DNA of 64,000 nucleotides, taken from contig OX638316.1 in NCBI GenBank assembly GCA_951812525.1, positions 2,472,506-2,536,505 on the forward strand. The letters run 5' to 3'. A model generated the notes under the pieces. It searched no databases, was not told where the DNA came from, and saw only the letters and a list, made by a program, of their open reading frames with translations. A program made the translations under genes and the position numbers. Position 1 is the first letter of the stretch. Each line of letters begins with the position of its first letter. This DNA is from an uncultured Poribacteria bacterium. GTDB lineage: Bacteria; Poribacteria; WGA-4E; WGA-3G. Positions 9,180 through 18,818 of the stretch are shown piece after piece.

Positions 9180-10337
9180 ATGGAAATTAAAAGATTATCT
9201 ACTGGCCCAAGTCATCACTTCTTCGGTTACTACGGTATCAATCCATGGGATCGGAGCGCAAAACATCATCTTGCGCTGGAAACAGATTTTCATACCCATC
9301 GACCTATACCCGAAGATGTCGCTACAGTTGGATTGATTCAGCGTGATACACATGAATTCATCACACTCGCGAAAACATCCGCTTTTAACCTCCAACAGGG
9401 GAGTATGATGCATTGGATAAATGTCAATGAGACAGTTGACGCCGATGCATCTACTGCGGAATTTACCTTTAACGATTGGGAAGATGACAGACTCGTATCA
9501 CGTGCTTTGAATCCAGTTACAGGTGCTGTCCGTACAATTCATGGGGCTATTGCTGCTGTGTCACCGACTGCTCCGGTTGCTATTGGGCTTAACTATGGAC
9601 GAATGGCGCACTGTCGTGCTGTCGTCGGTTATGCGACCCACACCGAATCTGACGACGTTGAGGCACAGCCGGAGAATGATGGTTTATATCAACTTAACCT
9701 ACAAGATGGTAGCTCAAGGCTTGTACTTTCTATTGCCGATGTCATCCGGGCAAGTAAGGACAAACGTTTAGTCGAAAAACGGACATGGTTCAATCACGTG
9801 CTATTTAATACAGATGGCACCCGTCTCCTGTTTTTCTGCCGGGTCCGTCAGGAAACAGGATTTTACTCTTCGCTCTGGACGGTAAATCCCGATGGATCTG
9901 ATTTGGAAATGCAAATCCCCTTCGGCTATAAGATTTCGCACTTCGATTGGCGAAACGCCACGCGGATTCTTGTCTCTACAGATGTATCTGGTGAGATGGG
10001 ATTCGTCGAATTTACAGACGGTGTGCGCGATTTCACACCGCTTGGGCGTGGGGTTCTGCCGCGCGACGGGCATGCTTCATTTTCACCTGACCGGCAGTGG
10101 TTGCTTTGTGATAGTTATCCGGGTGGTCCCCAGCGTTTGGCACAACTAATGGTTTACAATATTGCCGAAAATCGGAAGGTTGTTTTAGGCGAATTCCATC
10201 ATGAGGAACAGTTCGCTGGGGATATCCGATGTGATCTTCATCCCCGTTGGGCACCTGATGGGATGACTGTTACCTTTGATTCAGTTCACGAAGACTCCCG
10301 ACAGATATATCTGGTAGATCTGTCGGCACTGACCTAA
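9180..10337 (+). CDS. Beta-propeller protein, possibly of the oligogalacturonide-lyase-like family (PF14583-like)
   Basis: Blade-like repeats end in ...DLHPRWAPDGMTVTFDS...QIYLVDL, which resembles Ogl/TolB-type propellers. The assignment is from recalled family features only. Confidence 0.4.
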   Translation: MEIKRLSTGPSHHFFGYYGINPWDRSAKHHLALETDFHTHRPIPEDVATVGLIQRDTHEFITLAKTSAFNLQQGSMMHWINVNETVDADASTAEFTFNDWEDDRLVSRALNPVTGAVRTIHGAIAAVSPTAPVAIGLNYGRMAHCRAVVGYATHTESDDVEAQPENDGLYQLNLQDGSSRLVLSIADVIRASKDKRLVEKRTWFNHVLFNTDGTRLLFFCRVRQETGFYSSLWTVNPDGSDLEMQIPFGYKISHFDWRNATRILVSTDVSGEMGFVEFTDGVRDFTPLGRGVLPRDGHASFSPDRQWLLCDSYPGGPQRLAQLMVYNIAENRKVVLGEFHHEEQFAGDIRCDLHPRWAPDGMTVTFDSVHEDSRQIYLVDLSALT

Positions 10338-10364
10338 GTCTCTTAATCGCATAAGAGGATTCTG

Positions 10365-11426
10365 ATGTTGCGAGATGATTGTTCTTATGACCAAATCGGA
10401 CGGCTCCCGAGCATCGTCAGGTGCCCGTTTGCTGATATTAGCGAAAGTCGCGACGCTATCATTTTGACAACGAAACCAGCGTGGGCAGTCGTCGGTGGAA
10501 TAGCCATAAACCCGAAACAACTTATCTATGTTGAAGGCAATACAAAGGCATACATGGCCGCACTCGCCGAAGTGTGCGAAGGCGAAGTGGTGTACGGAAT
10601 CGGCGGAGGCTTGGCAATTGACACTGCTAAGTACGTCGCAGCAACAAATGCACTCCCTTTAGTTGCTCTCCCCACTATTTTATCAACGGATGCTTTCCTT
10701 ACTGATGCAACAGGCGTTAGAGAAAATGGGTGTGTCCGTTATCTCTCTTCAAAAGCACCAGACACCGTTATTGTAGACATGGATATCCTGTGCAATGCAC
10801 CCGCCGCGATGCGAGCGAGTGGTGCTGCAGATGTCCTCTCAATCGCAACAGCAATGTGGGATTGGCAGGAAGCCGAGAAAATGGGCGAAAACCCGCCCGA
10901 GCAGCAGATTACACCACAAATAATTGATATGGGTTCTACACTTCTTCAAACGCTCCTTGATAACGCTCGGGAAATCGGACGGGGGACACCTACAGGACTG
11001 AAACTTCTACTCGACCTACTCTGTATGGAGGTGCAACTCTGCCATCTGTGTGGACATAGCCGCGTCGAAGAGGGAAGCGAACACTACTTTGTCTATGCCA
11101 TTGAAAACCATCTAACTTCTGCTGAAGAAACAAACAGGGGAAATACGCATGAAAATGGAAGTGCTGTTTTACACGGTGAGTTGGTAGGACTCGGCATCTT
11201 GCTGATGGCTGCGTTGCAGTCCCAACCGTGGACGCAATACCGGCACGCCTTGGAGTGCCTGCAGATTAACTACCGACCATCTGTCATCTCTACCAAGGCA
11301 ATGGCTGAGACACTCATCAATCTATCCGACTATGTTGCGCATCATCAACTACCGTTCACTATTGCGACAACATTGCGAATTACCCCTGATATCGCCGAAC
11401 GAACCATACAAACAATATTGGATTAA
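10365..11426 (+). CDS. Iron-containing alcohol dehydrogenase / glycerol-1-phosphate dehydrogenase-like (DHQS-like fold) protein
   Basis: GGG-x-x-x-D-x-A-K nucleotide-binding motif (GIGGGLAIDTAKYVA) and overall length. Specificity cannot be assigned from sequence alone. Confidence 0.5.
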   Translation: MLRDDCSYDQIGRLPSIVRCPFADISESRDAIILTTKPAWAVVGGIAINPKQLIYVEGNTKAYMAALAEVCEGEVVYGIGGGLAIDTAKYVAATNALPLVALPTILSTDAFLTDATGVRENGCVRYLSSKAPDTVIVDMDILCNAPAAMRASGAADVLSIATAMWDWQEAEKMGENPPEQQITPQIIDMGSTLLQTLLDNAREIGRGTPTGLKLLLDLLCMEVQLCHLCGHSRVEEGSEHYFVYAIENHLTSAEETNRGNTHENGSAVLHGELVGLGILLMAALQSQPWTQYRHALECLQINYRPSVISTKAMAETLINLSDYVAHHQLPFTIATTLRITPDIAERTIQTILD

Positions 11427-11437
11427 AACGAAGGACT

Positions 11438-12511
11438 ATGGAACAGAGAAACAGTCAGACCCGGTCAGATACCCCAATCTCGGCACTGTACGAGCAATCC
11501 ATCGTAATTGACTCGCACAATGATGCTATCGTAGCCCATATCCGCCGAGGTAATGTCAGTCTTGCTGACGAACATTGCCAAAACTCCACAGATCCAGTCG
11601 GCACCATTGCCTATCTGCGCGGTCCTGTACCACCAGAAGAGGATGCTATCGGCATCCAACTCAACATCCCGAAAATGCGGAAGGGCGGAATTGATGCCGC
11701 CTTCTTCGCTGTTGATGTGACGCGCGCATGGAAAAACCATCTTGCTTACGCTATGGACGCCTTCGGGTGGTTCGATGCAGAGGTAGAAGCCCACGCTTCT
11801 GATATCTGCATCGCACGACAAGCGAAAGATATTCGAGAAGCAAAGGCAGCTGGCAAGCTCGCTGCAGTCCTCGTCATTGAAAACAGCGAGGCTGTGGAAC
11901 GGAGCCTGAATATTCTTCGCTCGTTGTATATGCTTGGTGTCCGCTCAATCGGGTTGACACATAACCCAAATACATGGGCATCGACAGGAAACGATGAGGA
12001 GGACCTTGGTGGGGGCTTGACCCGGTTCGGTATGGAATTAGTCAAAGAGATGAATCGCCTCCGGATGCTTGTGGATGTTTCCCATATCAGTGAGCGCGGC
12101 TTTTGGGATGTCTTGGAAATCTCGGAGCATCCTGTCATCGCTTCTCATAGCAATTGTAAAACTTTGTGCCGCCACCCACGGAACTTGAGTAACGAGCAGT
12201 TGAAAGCCTTAGCGGCGAATGGTGGTGTCGTCGGCATTACCTTTGTCCCTGGATTTATTACCTTAGATGGCTGGACGAAAATGCCACCGTTGGCGCAGCT
12301 TCTTAATCATTTTGCTTACGCAATCGACATCGCCGGTATAGACCATGTGGGGATCGGCTCGGATTTTGATGGTGGTGGAGACTTACTCAAGGATGCAGGT
12401 GAGTTTATCAAAATTGCGGAAGGTCTGAGTGAACGTGGCTATTCCGATGCGGATATCCGAAAAGTGCTTGGCGAAAATCATCTACGCGTTTTTGAGGCGG
12501 CATGCGGATAA
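11438..12511 (+). CDS. Membrane (renal-type) dipeptidase, peptidase family M19
   Basis: VIDSHNDA, VDVSHISERGFWDV, PVIASHSNCK and GIGSDFDGG are M19 metal-ligand motifs. Confidence 0.85.
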   Translation: MEQRNSQTRSDTPISALYEQSIVIDSHNDAIVAHIRRGNVSLADEHCQNSTDPVGTIAYLRGPVPPEEDAIGIQLNIPKMRKGGIDAAFFAVDVTRAWKNHLAYAMDAFGWFDAEVEAHASDICIARQAKDIREAKAAGKLAAVLVIENSEAVERSLNILRSLYMLGVRSIGLTHNPNTWASTGNDEEDLGGGLTRFGMELVKEMNRLRMLVDVSHISERGFWDVLEISEHPVIASHSNCKTLCRHPRNLSNEQLKALAANGGVVGITFVPGFITLDGWTKMPPLAQLLNHFAYAIDIAGIDHVGIGSDFDGGGDLLKDAGEFIKIAEGLSERGYSDADIRKVLGENHLRVFEAACG

Positions 12512-12605
12512 AGCACACAATCAGTTTTAGCCCACTCGGTAGGCGAGGTTGTGACATAGCCGGTCTATAATATCAAGGTAGTTCTAAAACCTACTATGGT
12601 TGCTG

Positions 12606-13613
12606 TTAGGCAGTTTTCTCAAGAACACTGGAAATGGAGTTCCAGACTTCATCTACACCGATGCCTTTCATGCATATATTATCTTTGCACTTATCTGTGA
12701 ACTGCTTACAGGGGCTACACGGCACGGCGTGCCGGATGGTTTCGTGTAACGCCCCAAGCGGTTGAAACCGGATGTGATTACCGGGACCGAACAGCGATAT
12801 GGTTGGTGTTCCTACCGCCGCAGCAATATGCATCGGACCCGTGTCGTTGGTAACAAACAGATCGCACTGTTCAATACAGGCGGCTAACTGTCTAATCTGA
12901 AGATTACCCGCGAACGGAATGGCGTGCTTATGCATCAGGTTCACGACGGTGTGCACAAGTTCAGATTCCTTCTGCCCACCAAAAATCAAAACATTGGCAT
13001 CGAAATGTTGTACCAATCTATCCCCGATGGCAGCGAAACGTTCTGGCATCCATTCTCGCAACTTCCATCCAGCACCTGGAAATAGACCTACTTTTAATCT
13101 TGCATCGACAACCCCTGCAGTTTTAAGCCGCTGTACAGCATCTCTCCGTTCGGATTCAGCGAGAAATAGTTCCAACTTCTGATCTTCTGCCGGAATATCT
13201 ACCGCGTGCAATAGGTCGAAATAGTGTGATGTGGCGTGTTTGTTACCTTGTTCAAGGACACGTATCGTACAAAGCCAGCCTTTCCCAACCCGTTCAGTAG
13301 CACCGCTGAGATACATTAGCATTTCAGTGCGAAACTTCCGCTGGAGATCAATAGCCAGTGTGAATTTACGTTCGCGTAGAAGACGAACAATCCGCCACAT
13401 TTCACCCGTATCTTTGTCTTTAGCAAGCCTGTCAAAGGTGATTATTTCGTCGAGATTTGGGTTTTCGCGGAGGACATCGGCGGACTGTTTCGCCACGAGC
13501 ATAGCGATGTGCGCATTCGGGAAATTTGCACGTACAGCCCGGATAGCCGGTGTTGTAAGCACAACGTCGCCAAGAGAACTGAGCCGAATGAGCAATATCT
13601 TTGGAAAAGCCAT
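12606..13613 (-). CDS. Glycosyltransferase family 9 (ADP-heptose:LPS heptosyltransferase-like)
   Basis: N-terminus KILLIRLSSLGDVVLTTPAIRAV is the hallmark of GT9 (RfaF/RfaC). Confidence 0.85.
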   Translation of the reverse strand: MAFPKILLIRLSSLGDVVLTTPAIRAVRANFPNAHIAMLVAKQSADVLRENPNLDEIITFDRLAKDKDTGEMWRIVRLLRERKFTLAIDLQRKFRTEMLMYLSGATERVGKGWLCTIRVLEQGNKHATSHYFDLLHAVDIPAEDQKLELFLAESERRDAVQRLKTAGVVDARLKVGLFPGAGWKLREWMPERFAAIGDRLVQHFDANVLIFGGQKESELVHTVVNLMHKHAIPFAGNLQIRQLAACIEQCDLFVTNDTGPMHIAAAVGTPTISLFGPGNHIRFQPLGALHETIRHAVPCSPCKQFTDKCKDNICMKGIGVDEVWNSISSVLEKTA

Positions 13614-13698
13614 CTGTTTAAGTCCGTGCTATCGTGTGTTACCTATCAGTTTCCGATAGGTAGCAGATGCACATCTACGATTTTTCTGCAAAACCGAT

Positions 13699-14856
13699 TT
13701 AACCGACGACCTGTTTTTCAAGATTATTCAATGCCTCTTCAACCAATGCCTCTATATCCAAGTCCGATTCTGCCTCGTCCAACTCGGCAAGCGAGGCACG
13801 AGTGGCAGGATGCTTCGGCACGAAGAGGGAACAACAATCTTGGTGGGGTCGCGTGGACACGTCAAACGTGCCAATCCGTTGTGCCTTTTCGATAATTTCA
13901 GCCTTATCCTCACCAATAAGCGGACGTAGAATTGGAATATCCGCAATCGCTTCGATAGTTCGGAGGTTCGTTAGCGTCTGCGAAGCGACCTGTGCGAGGC
14001 TTTCACCTGTGACAAGTGCCTCCGCGTTTGCCATAGTCGCAACGCGTTGTGCGATGCGTGTCATCATCCGTCGGTACAATAGAACGCGAAACGGTGCAGG
14101 TGTCCCTGTGACGATAACCTGCTGGAGTTCAGCGAATGGGACGAGATAAACCACGCTCCGATAATTTGAAACCGCTAAAATTTGGGCAAGTTCAATCACC
14201 TTCTCCAATGAAGCTTTATCCGTGTAGGGATAGCTGTAGAAGTGAATAAAGACGGCTTTCGCACCGCGCTTTATCATTTGCCATGCAGCAACAGGAGAGT
14301 CAATTCCGCCAGACAGCATCACGAGCACCTTACCGCTCACACCGACAGGTAATCCACCGAGCCCACGGATCTTTTCTGTAGAAATATAAGCGTTTTTCTG
14401 TGTTATTTTAATCCAACAGACTACATCGGGATTGTGCATATCCGCTCGTGCCCCGGTTTTTTCAATGAGATACCCACCGACCTCGGCACTAATTTGTGGC
14501 GACGTTAAAGGGAAGGTTTTATCTGTTCGTCTTGTTTCAACCTTAAGAGACCCGTAAGTCAACCCTTGAATTTGCTGTAGAGCCGTCTCTTTGATGGCAG
14601 TAATGTCTGTCTCCGTGGAACAGGCAAGTTCAAAATAAGCGATCCCCATGACCTGTTGTAGACGTTTCTTGATTTCAGAAACATCGGCATCTTTTCCGAT
14701 CAGTACAAGGATTCGGTCATGCAGCCGCTTTACTTCTGTATAGCCAGTACCGCTTAGAGCAATCTTGATGTTGCTTGTGAGCCGTTTCTCGAAAAATATC
14801 CTATTCTTTCCCTTGAGGCCAACTTCGGCGTAATGAACACTAAACAATTCTTCCAT
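13699..14856 (-). CDS. thiI: tRNA 4-thiouridine synthase ThiI (THUMP plus PP-loop domains, no rhodanese domain)
   Basis: GLKGKNRIFFE (THUMP) and SGGIDSPVAAW (PP-loop SGGxDS). Confidence 0.85.
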   Translation of the reverse strand: MEELFSVHYAEVGLKGKNRIFFEKRLTSNIKIALSGTGYTEVKRLHDRILVLIGKDADVSEIKKRLQQVMGIAYFELACSTETDITAIKETALQQIQGLTYGSLKVETRRTDKTFPLTSPQISAEVGGYLIEKTGARADMHNPDVVCWIKITQKNAYISTEKIRGLGGLPVGVSGKVLVMLSGGIDSPVAAWQMIKRGAKAVFIHFYSYPYTDKASLEKVIELAQILAVSNYRSVVYLVPFAELQQVIVTGTPAPFRVLLYRRMMTRIAQRVATMANAEALVTGESLAQVASQTLTNLRTIEAIADIPILRPLIGEDKAEIIEKAQRIGTFDVSTRPHQDCCSLFVPKHPATRASLAELDEAESDLDIEALVEEALNNLEKQVVG

Positions 14857-14901
14857 AATTCGTCTCGCGCTAAAGAAGTTTAAAATTACATACCTGTTTG
14901 C

Positions 14902-15633
14902 TTAGGCACGGACAGCGTCTGTCAAACTAAAATGGAGTTTGGCAACATCACCCAACGCGTGACTCCCGTGCAATCTAATAAATTCTCTGCCAGCGTCAAT
15001 AACCTGATAAGAACCCCTCGGTAAGCACATCTCATACTTTTTAGACAGCACTTTCATCCCATTCAGAAAAGCGTCACGAGCAATAATAGATGCCGCGGCA
15101 ACGGCGATGTCCCGTTCTGCTTTTGGCACCTGTATTATTTCCATCTCCAGAGCGGTATGTTTGAAAATTCCACCTGAAGGTGGAGTGGGAGTTGCATGCT
15201 GTAAGTGTGGTGTTTCCTTTGTGCATCGGATTAGTTCCTGCGTGATAAGGTCGTTTTTGGAGAATCTGTCGACGAGGACGTGTTTCACTCCTACCCGAAC
15301 TGCCAGTGTGTGAATCGCTTCTGCATGGAGTGATGCGAGCAGATGATTTAGGTTCTGTCCACGTCTCTGAAGATCGTCGTAGAGAGAATTGTAGGCAGCG
15401 GGCATCTTCTCCACAACAACGATATGCTCCTCATAACGACTGCGCATCACTTCGGCGAGGTGTCGGACACGACGATTCGATAGTTTTTTTCCATCAACAA
15501 TACCGAACTCTGAAAGGGTTTCACAGCATTCTGCGTCTACATAAACGCCTGCTGCAACGAGCGGACCGAAATAGTCGCCTTTCCCTGCTTCATCTGTGCC
15601 AATCCAGGTATCCCAGTTGTGTATAGTATCCAT
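14902..15633 (-). CDS. rnhB: Ribonuclease H type 2 (RNase HII/HIII family). The catalytic domain resembles RNase HIII but the HIII N-terminal domain is absent.
   Basis: IGTDEAGKGDYFGPLVAAGVYVD, VDGKKLS and AAASIIARD match the RNase HII/HIII DEDD catalytic motifs. The protein is 243 aa. Confidence 0.7.
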   Translation of the reverse strand: MDTIHNWDTWIGTDEAGKGDYFGPLVAAGVYVDAECCETLSEFGIVDGKKLSNRRVRHLAEVMRSRYEEHIVVVEKMPAAYNSLYDDLQRRGQNLNHLLASLHAEAIHTLAVRVGVKHVLVDRFSKNDLITQELIRCTKETPHLQHATPTPPSGGIFKHTALEMEIIQVPKAERDIAVAAASIIARDAFLNGMKVLSKKYEMCLPRGSYQVIDAGREFIRLHGSHALGDVAKLHFSLTDAVRA

Positions 15634-15679
15634 CAGATCTGTTAGATTCTATTCGTCCTGTTCCCTTCGGTTTTTGTGC

Positions 15680-16249
15680 TCATGCTGAATTCCGAAGCGC
15701 AGCGAATTCAGTAACCTGCTTACCTACGGCTTTGACGCGGGCAGTTAGTTCGGGGTCGCGTAAGTTCCCGTCCGCATCAAACGCCTCGGACGAGTTCGGA
15801 ATTGATACGTCATTCGGGACAACCCAAGCATGGAGCGCGGTGCCTACTGTTCGTAACATAGAAATAGCATTGACTGCTCCCATCCGTCCACCAGACACAC
15901 CGAGAAGTCCGATAACTTTGTTCTCAAATTCATCAAACCCCATCAGATCGAGAGCGCTTTTCAGGACACCACTGAAGCTGCCATGGTATTCGGGCGAACC
16001 GAGAAGTATACCGTCTGCGCGTTGGACCTTTTCACGCAGTTTGAATATTCCGGGTGGGTAGTCACTCTCGCTCGCAACGGAACCTTGAAAAACAAGTTGG
16101 TATTCGCTAAGATCAAGCAGTTCAACATCTGCACCTGCTGCTTCTGCAGCCGAGAGTGCAATTTGAAGTGCAGCATGGGTCGTGCTGCCTTGCCGTAGAC
16201 TTCCACAGATGGCAACAACGTAGATAGACTGGTTGTCGGTACGCTTCAT
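15680..16249 (-). CDS. NAD(P)H-dependent FMN reductase (flavodoxin-like fold)
   Basis: IYVVAICGSLRQGSTT ... LGSPEYHGSFSG is typical of the SsuE/ArsH-like NADPH-dependent FMN reductase family. Confidence 0.85.
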   Translation of the reverse strand: MKRTDNQSIYVVAICGSLRQGSTTHAALQIALSAAEAAGADVELLDLSEYQLVFQGSVASESDYPPGIFKLREKVQRADGILLGSPEYHGSFSGVLKSALDLMGFDEFENKVIGLLGVSGGRMGAVNAISMLRTVGTALHAWVVPNDVSIPNSSEAFDADGNLRDPELTARVKAVGKQVTEFAALRNSA

Positions 16250-16432
16250 TTTTGATATCCTTTTCTGTTGTATTGTATCTTAGCATATCACACGGATAAA
16301 GGGATGTCAAAAGATTTTTATCCACTCGGAACATTGACGATAGTTATGTGGATATTTTAATTATATCACGCCTGAAAGTCAGGTATCATCTATTTCTATA
16401 GGTAACCAAAGGATGAAATATGTGGATTTTTC

Positions 16433-16461
16433 TTGACATATTTAAAGGTTTCTTTTACAAT
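16433..16461 (+). promoter_or_regulatory. Consensus sigma-70 promoter TTGACA-17-TACAAT upstream of the LamG-like gene
   Basis: TTGACA at 16433..16438, a 17-bp spacer, then TACAAT at 16456..16461. The ORF track's TTG 'start' at 16433 is in fact the -35 hexamer. Confidence 0.5.
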
Positions 16462-16564
16462 GCTGCTATGGATTAAACACGAGCCTTATGGGTATCAAAC
16501 AACTCCCTATAAGCGACTTGCACGGTACCTTAACAACCTTGTTTCAGACATGCGGAGGTTTCTC

Positions 16565-17353
16565 ATGCGTTCAATGATATATCTATTCGTTGTTGTGCTA
16601 CTAATGGTAGGCAGCACCGTTTACACACACGCCGAAGTTCAAGACGACGGCTTAATCCTCTACTTCAGTTTTGATAAAGAAAAAGGTGGAAAGATTGTAG
16701 ATGAGTCCGGTGGTGGACATGACGGAGATATGAAAGATGTAGAGATTATTACTAAGGATGTCGTCCACGGTACAGGCGCATTAGCGTGCGAAGAAGGGTC
16801 TTCTAGTGTGACAGTTGACTCCTTCAAAGAATTAGAAGACTATACCGATAATTCCTATCTCTTTTGGCTCCAGTTTACCGTAAAGAATTCCGGTGGTTGG
16901 GACCAGATTATCGCGAAAAAGGCTCCGGGTTCCGATCGCTCCCCAGGGATATGGACCTGTAACCGGGTTAGCCTGCACATTCATTACCGCTTCAATCCAG
17001 GAAACGCCGGGAGTCATTGCGTTGGTCCGGATGGCGAGGGTGATGAATTTGAAACCGGTGAATGGCATCACATTGCTGGGATCAAAGAAGATGCCGAATT
17101 GAAATTCTACATTGATGGCGAAGTGGTTGACGAAAAGGCTGTCCCGAAAGATCACGCTCAAGGGGCAGAGAAACTCTATATCGGTCAAACCGGTTATCAA
17201 TCAGCGAAGTTCTATATCGACGATCTCTATGTTTACGACAGAGCTCTCAGTGAGAAAGAGGTTATAAATGTCATGGAGGGTGGTCTGCTTCCTGTTGAAC
17301 CTCAGGACAAACTTTCCACTACATGGGGTCAACTGAAAAAGAGTCGGGACTAA
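16565..17353 (+). CDS. Secreted LamG/concanavalin-A-like jelly-roll domain protein
   Basis: Start chosen at the ATG at 16565, which has GGAGG 6 nt upstream. Signal peptide MRSMIYLFVVVLLMVGSTVYTHA. The segment ...KLYIGQTGYQSAKFYIDDLYVYDRALSEKEV is characteristic of the LamG/Laminin_G_3 family. Confidence 0.6.
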   Translation: MRSMIYLFVVVLLMVGSTVYTHAEVQDDGLILYFSFDKEKGGKIVDESGGGHDGDMKDVEIITKDVVHGTGALACEEGSSSVTVDSFKELEDYTDNSYLFWLQFTVKNSGGWDQIIAKKAPGSDRSPGIWTCNRVSLHIHYRFNPGNAGSHCVGPDGEGDEFETGEWHHIAGIKEDAELKFYIDGEVVDEKAVPKDHAQGAEKLYIGQTGYQSAKFYIDDLYVYDRALSEKEVINVMEGGLLPVEPQDKLSTTWGQLKKSRD

Positions 17354-17403
17354 CTTCACATCCCAAGATATAGGGACGGATCCCCTCCGTCCCACATCCA
17401 TTT

Positions 17404-18786
17404 TTGCATCCACCCATGTTTACGCATCAATGCCGTCTCTACACCACAGTGAAAAGCCTGTTTCTCTCCTTTATCCTCTCTTTTCTATTTTCACTGATGC
17501 CAGGGTGGTGTGATACGGAAGAGGAGCTCAACAGACGGATTGAACGCGGTGTCCATTACCTTGGCAGGGAACAGTACAATCTGGCACTCGACGAATTTCA
17601 GACCCTCCAAAAAGTATTCGCCACATCTGAGAGTATTCGTAGTCTCGCACAATGCTATATCGGTATCGTCTACCAGGAACTCAATAGCCTGAGTGAGGCG
17701 GTAGTGGCATATCAAGGCGCATTAGCACTTGATGGACAGCCGGAAGTTCATGGAAATGCTCACCTTCATTTAGGTATCGTCTACAAAGCGCAAGGCAAGT
17801 TATCACTGGCTGAAAGCCATCTCACACAAGCCCTTGCACTCCTTGCCGAAACAGCCGAAGTAAACATCCATCTTGGCGATGTCTATGCCCTCCAACGTAG
17901 ATTTGGTGCCGCTGAAAAGGCTTATCATGAGGGAATCCGCTTGAACCGAAGCCATACCGAATCCTATTATGGGCTGGGGAGGGTGGCGGAAATGCAGAAT
18001 CGCCCGAAGCAGGCTATAGAGTATTACGATGCTGCGCTTGAGCGAAACCGGTATCTATCGCAGGTACATTATCGGCGTGCGCTCACGTACCGACGGCTGG
18101 GAGATAGTGAGCAAGCCGAGTCTGCTATGACGCAATTCCGTCGCTTAAAGACTTACGAAAATAGGATGCACCAGTATCGTGAGGCACTCTACACAAATCC
18201 GAATCTGCCTATGCTCTACGTTGAACTGGGTGAACTCCATGAGGCTTATGACAACTTAACAGAGGCATCCGAAATCTACGAAGTTGCTATACAAGTACAT
18301 CCGGCTTACTTACCGGCGTACCTGAACTTGGGTGAAATATTCGTCCAACAGCGCGATCTTGAAAAAGCAACCTATATCTATCAGCAAGCTACAAAAGTTG
18401 CTCCCGATAACCCACAGGTCTGGGTAAAGTTGGGTGTCGTCTATATCAATCAACGCAGGTTTGAACCAGCGATTCTGGCGTTCAAACAGGCGATTGCGGT
18501 AGATGACACAGCGGCAGAAGCATATAACAACTTGGCGCGGCTCTACGCAGGACTTGGTAAGGAGAGGCAACAGGCAATCGACTTGGCCGAACGCGCAGTC
18601 GTTTTAACACCAACAGCGAAACATTACGATACGCTCGCGTATGCCTATTATCGCAACGCGGAATATGATAATGCCTTAGCGGCGATTAATCATGCACTTG
18701 CGTTAGCACCCGATGTAGATGCGTACAACAAACTGCTACTGAAAATTCAGGAAACGCAAGACGCAAATCAACAGAGTGAAAAATGA
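17404..18786 (+). CDS. Tetratricopeptide (TPR) repeat protein with an N-terminal hydrophobic or signal segment
   Basis: There are more than 10 TPR-like 34-aa repeats (AxxYxxxG...). The start could instead be at 17416. Confidence 0.8.
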   Translation: MHPPMFTHQCRLYTTVKSLFLSFILSFLFSLMPGWCDTEEELNRRIERGVHYLGREQYNLALDEFQTLQKVFATSESIRSLAQCYIGIVYQELNSLSEAVVAYQGALALDGQPEVHGNAHLHLGIVYKAQGKLSLAESHLTQALALLAETAEVNIHLGDVYALQRRFGAAEKAYHEGIRLNRSHTESYYGLGRVAEMQNRPKQAIEYYDAALERNRYLSQVHYRRALTYRRLGDSEQAESAMTQFRRLKTYENRMHQYREALYTNPNLPMLYVELGELHEAYDNLTEASEIYEVAIQVHPAYLPAYLNLGEIFVQQRDLEKATYIYQQATKVAPDNPQVWVKLGVVYINQRRFEPAILAFKQAIAVDDTAAEAYNNLARLYAGLGKERQQAIDLAERAVVLTPTAKHYDTLAYAYYRNAEYDNALAAINHALALAPDVDAYNKLLLKIQETQDANQQSEK

Positions 18787-18818
18787 AGTTTGTCAATAGA
18801 ATAGAAAGGAAAAAATAA

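Noticed and set aside
16433-16564. N-terminal 44 residues of the tracked ORF 16433..17353 (TTG start)
   Set aside because: The TTG is the -35 hexamer of a consensus promoter whose -10 follows exactly 17 bp later. The stretch is an untranslated leader. The real start is the ATG at 16565, which has a GGAGG ribosome-binding site and a proper signal peptide.
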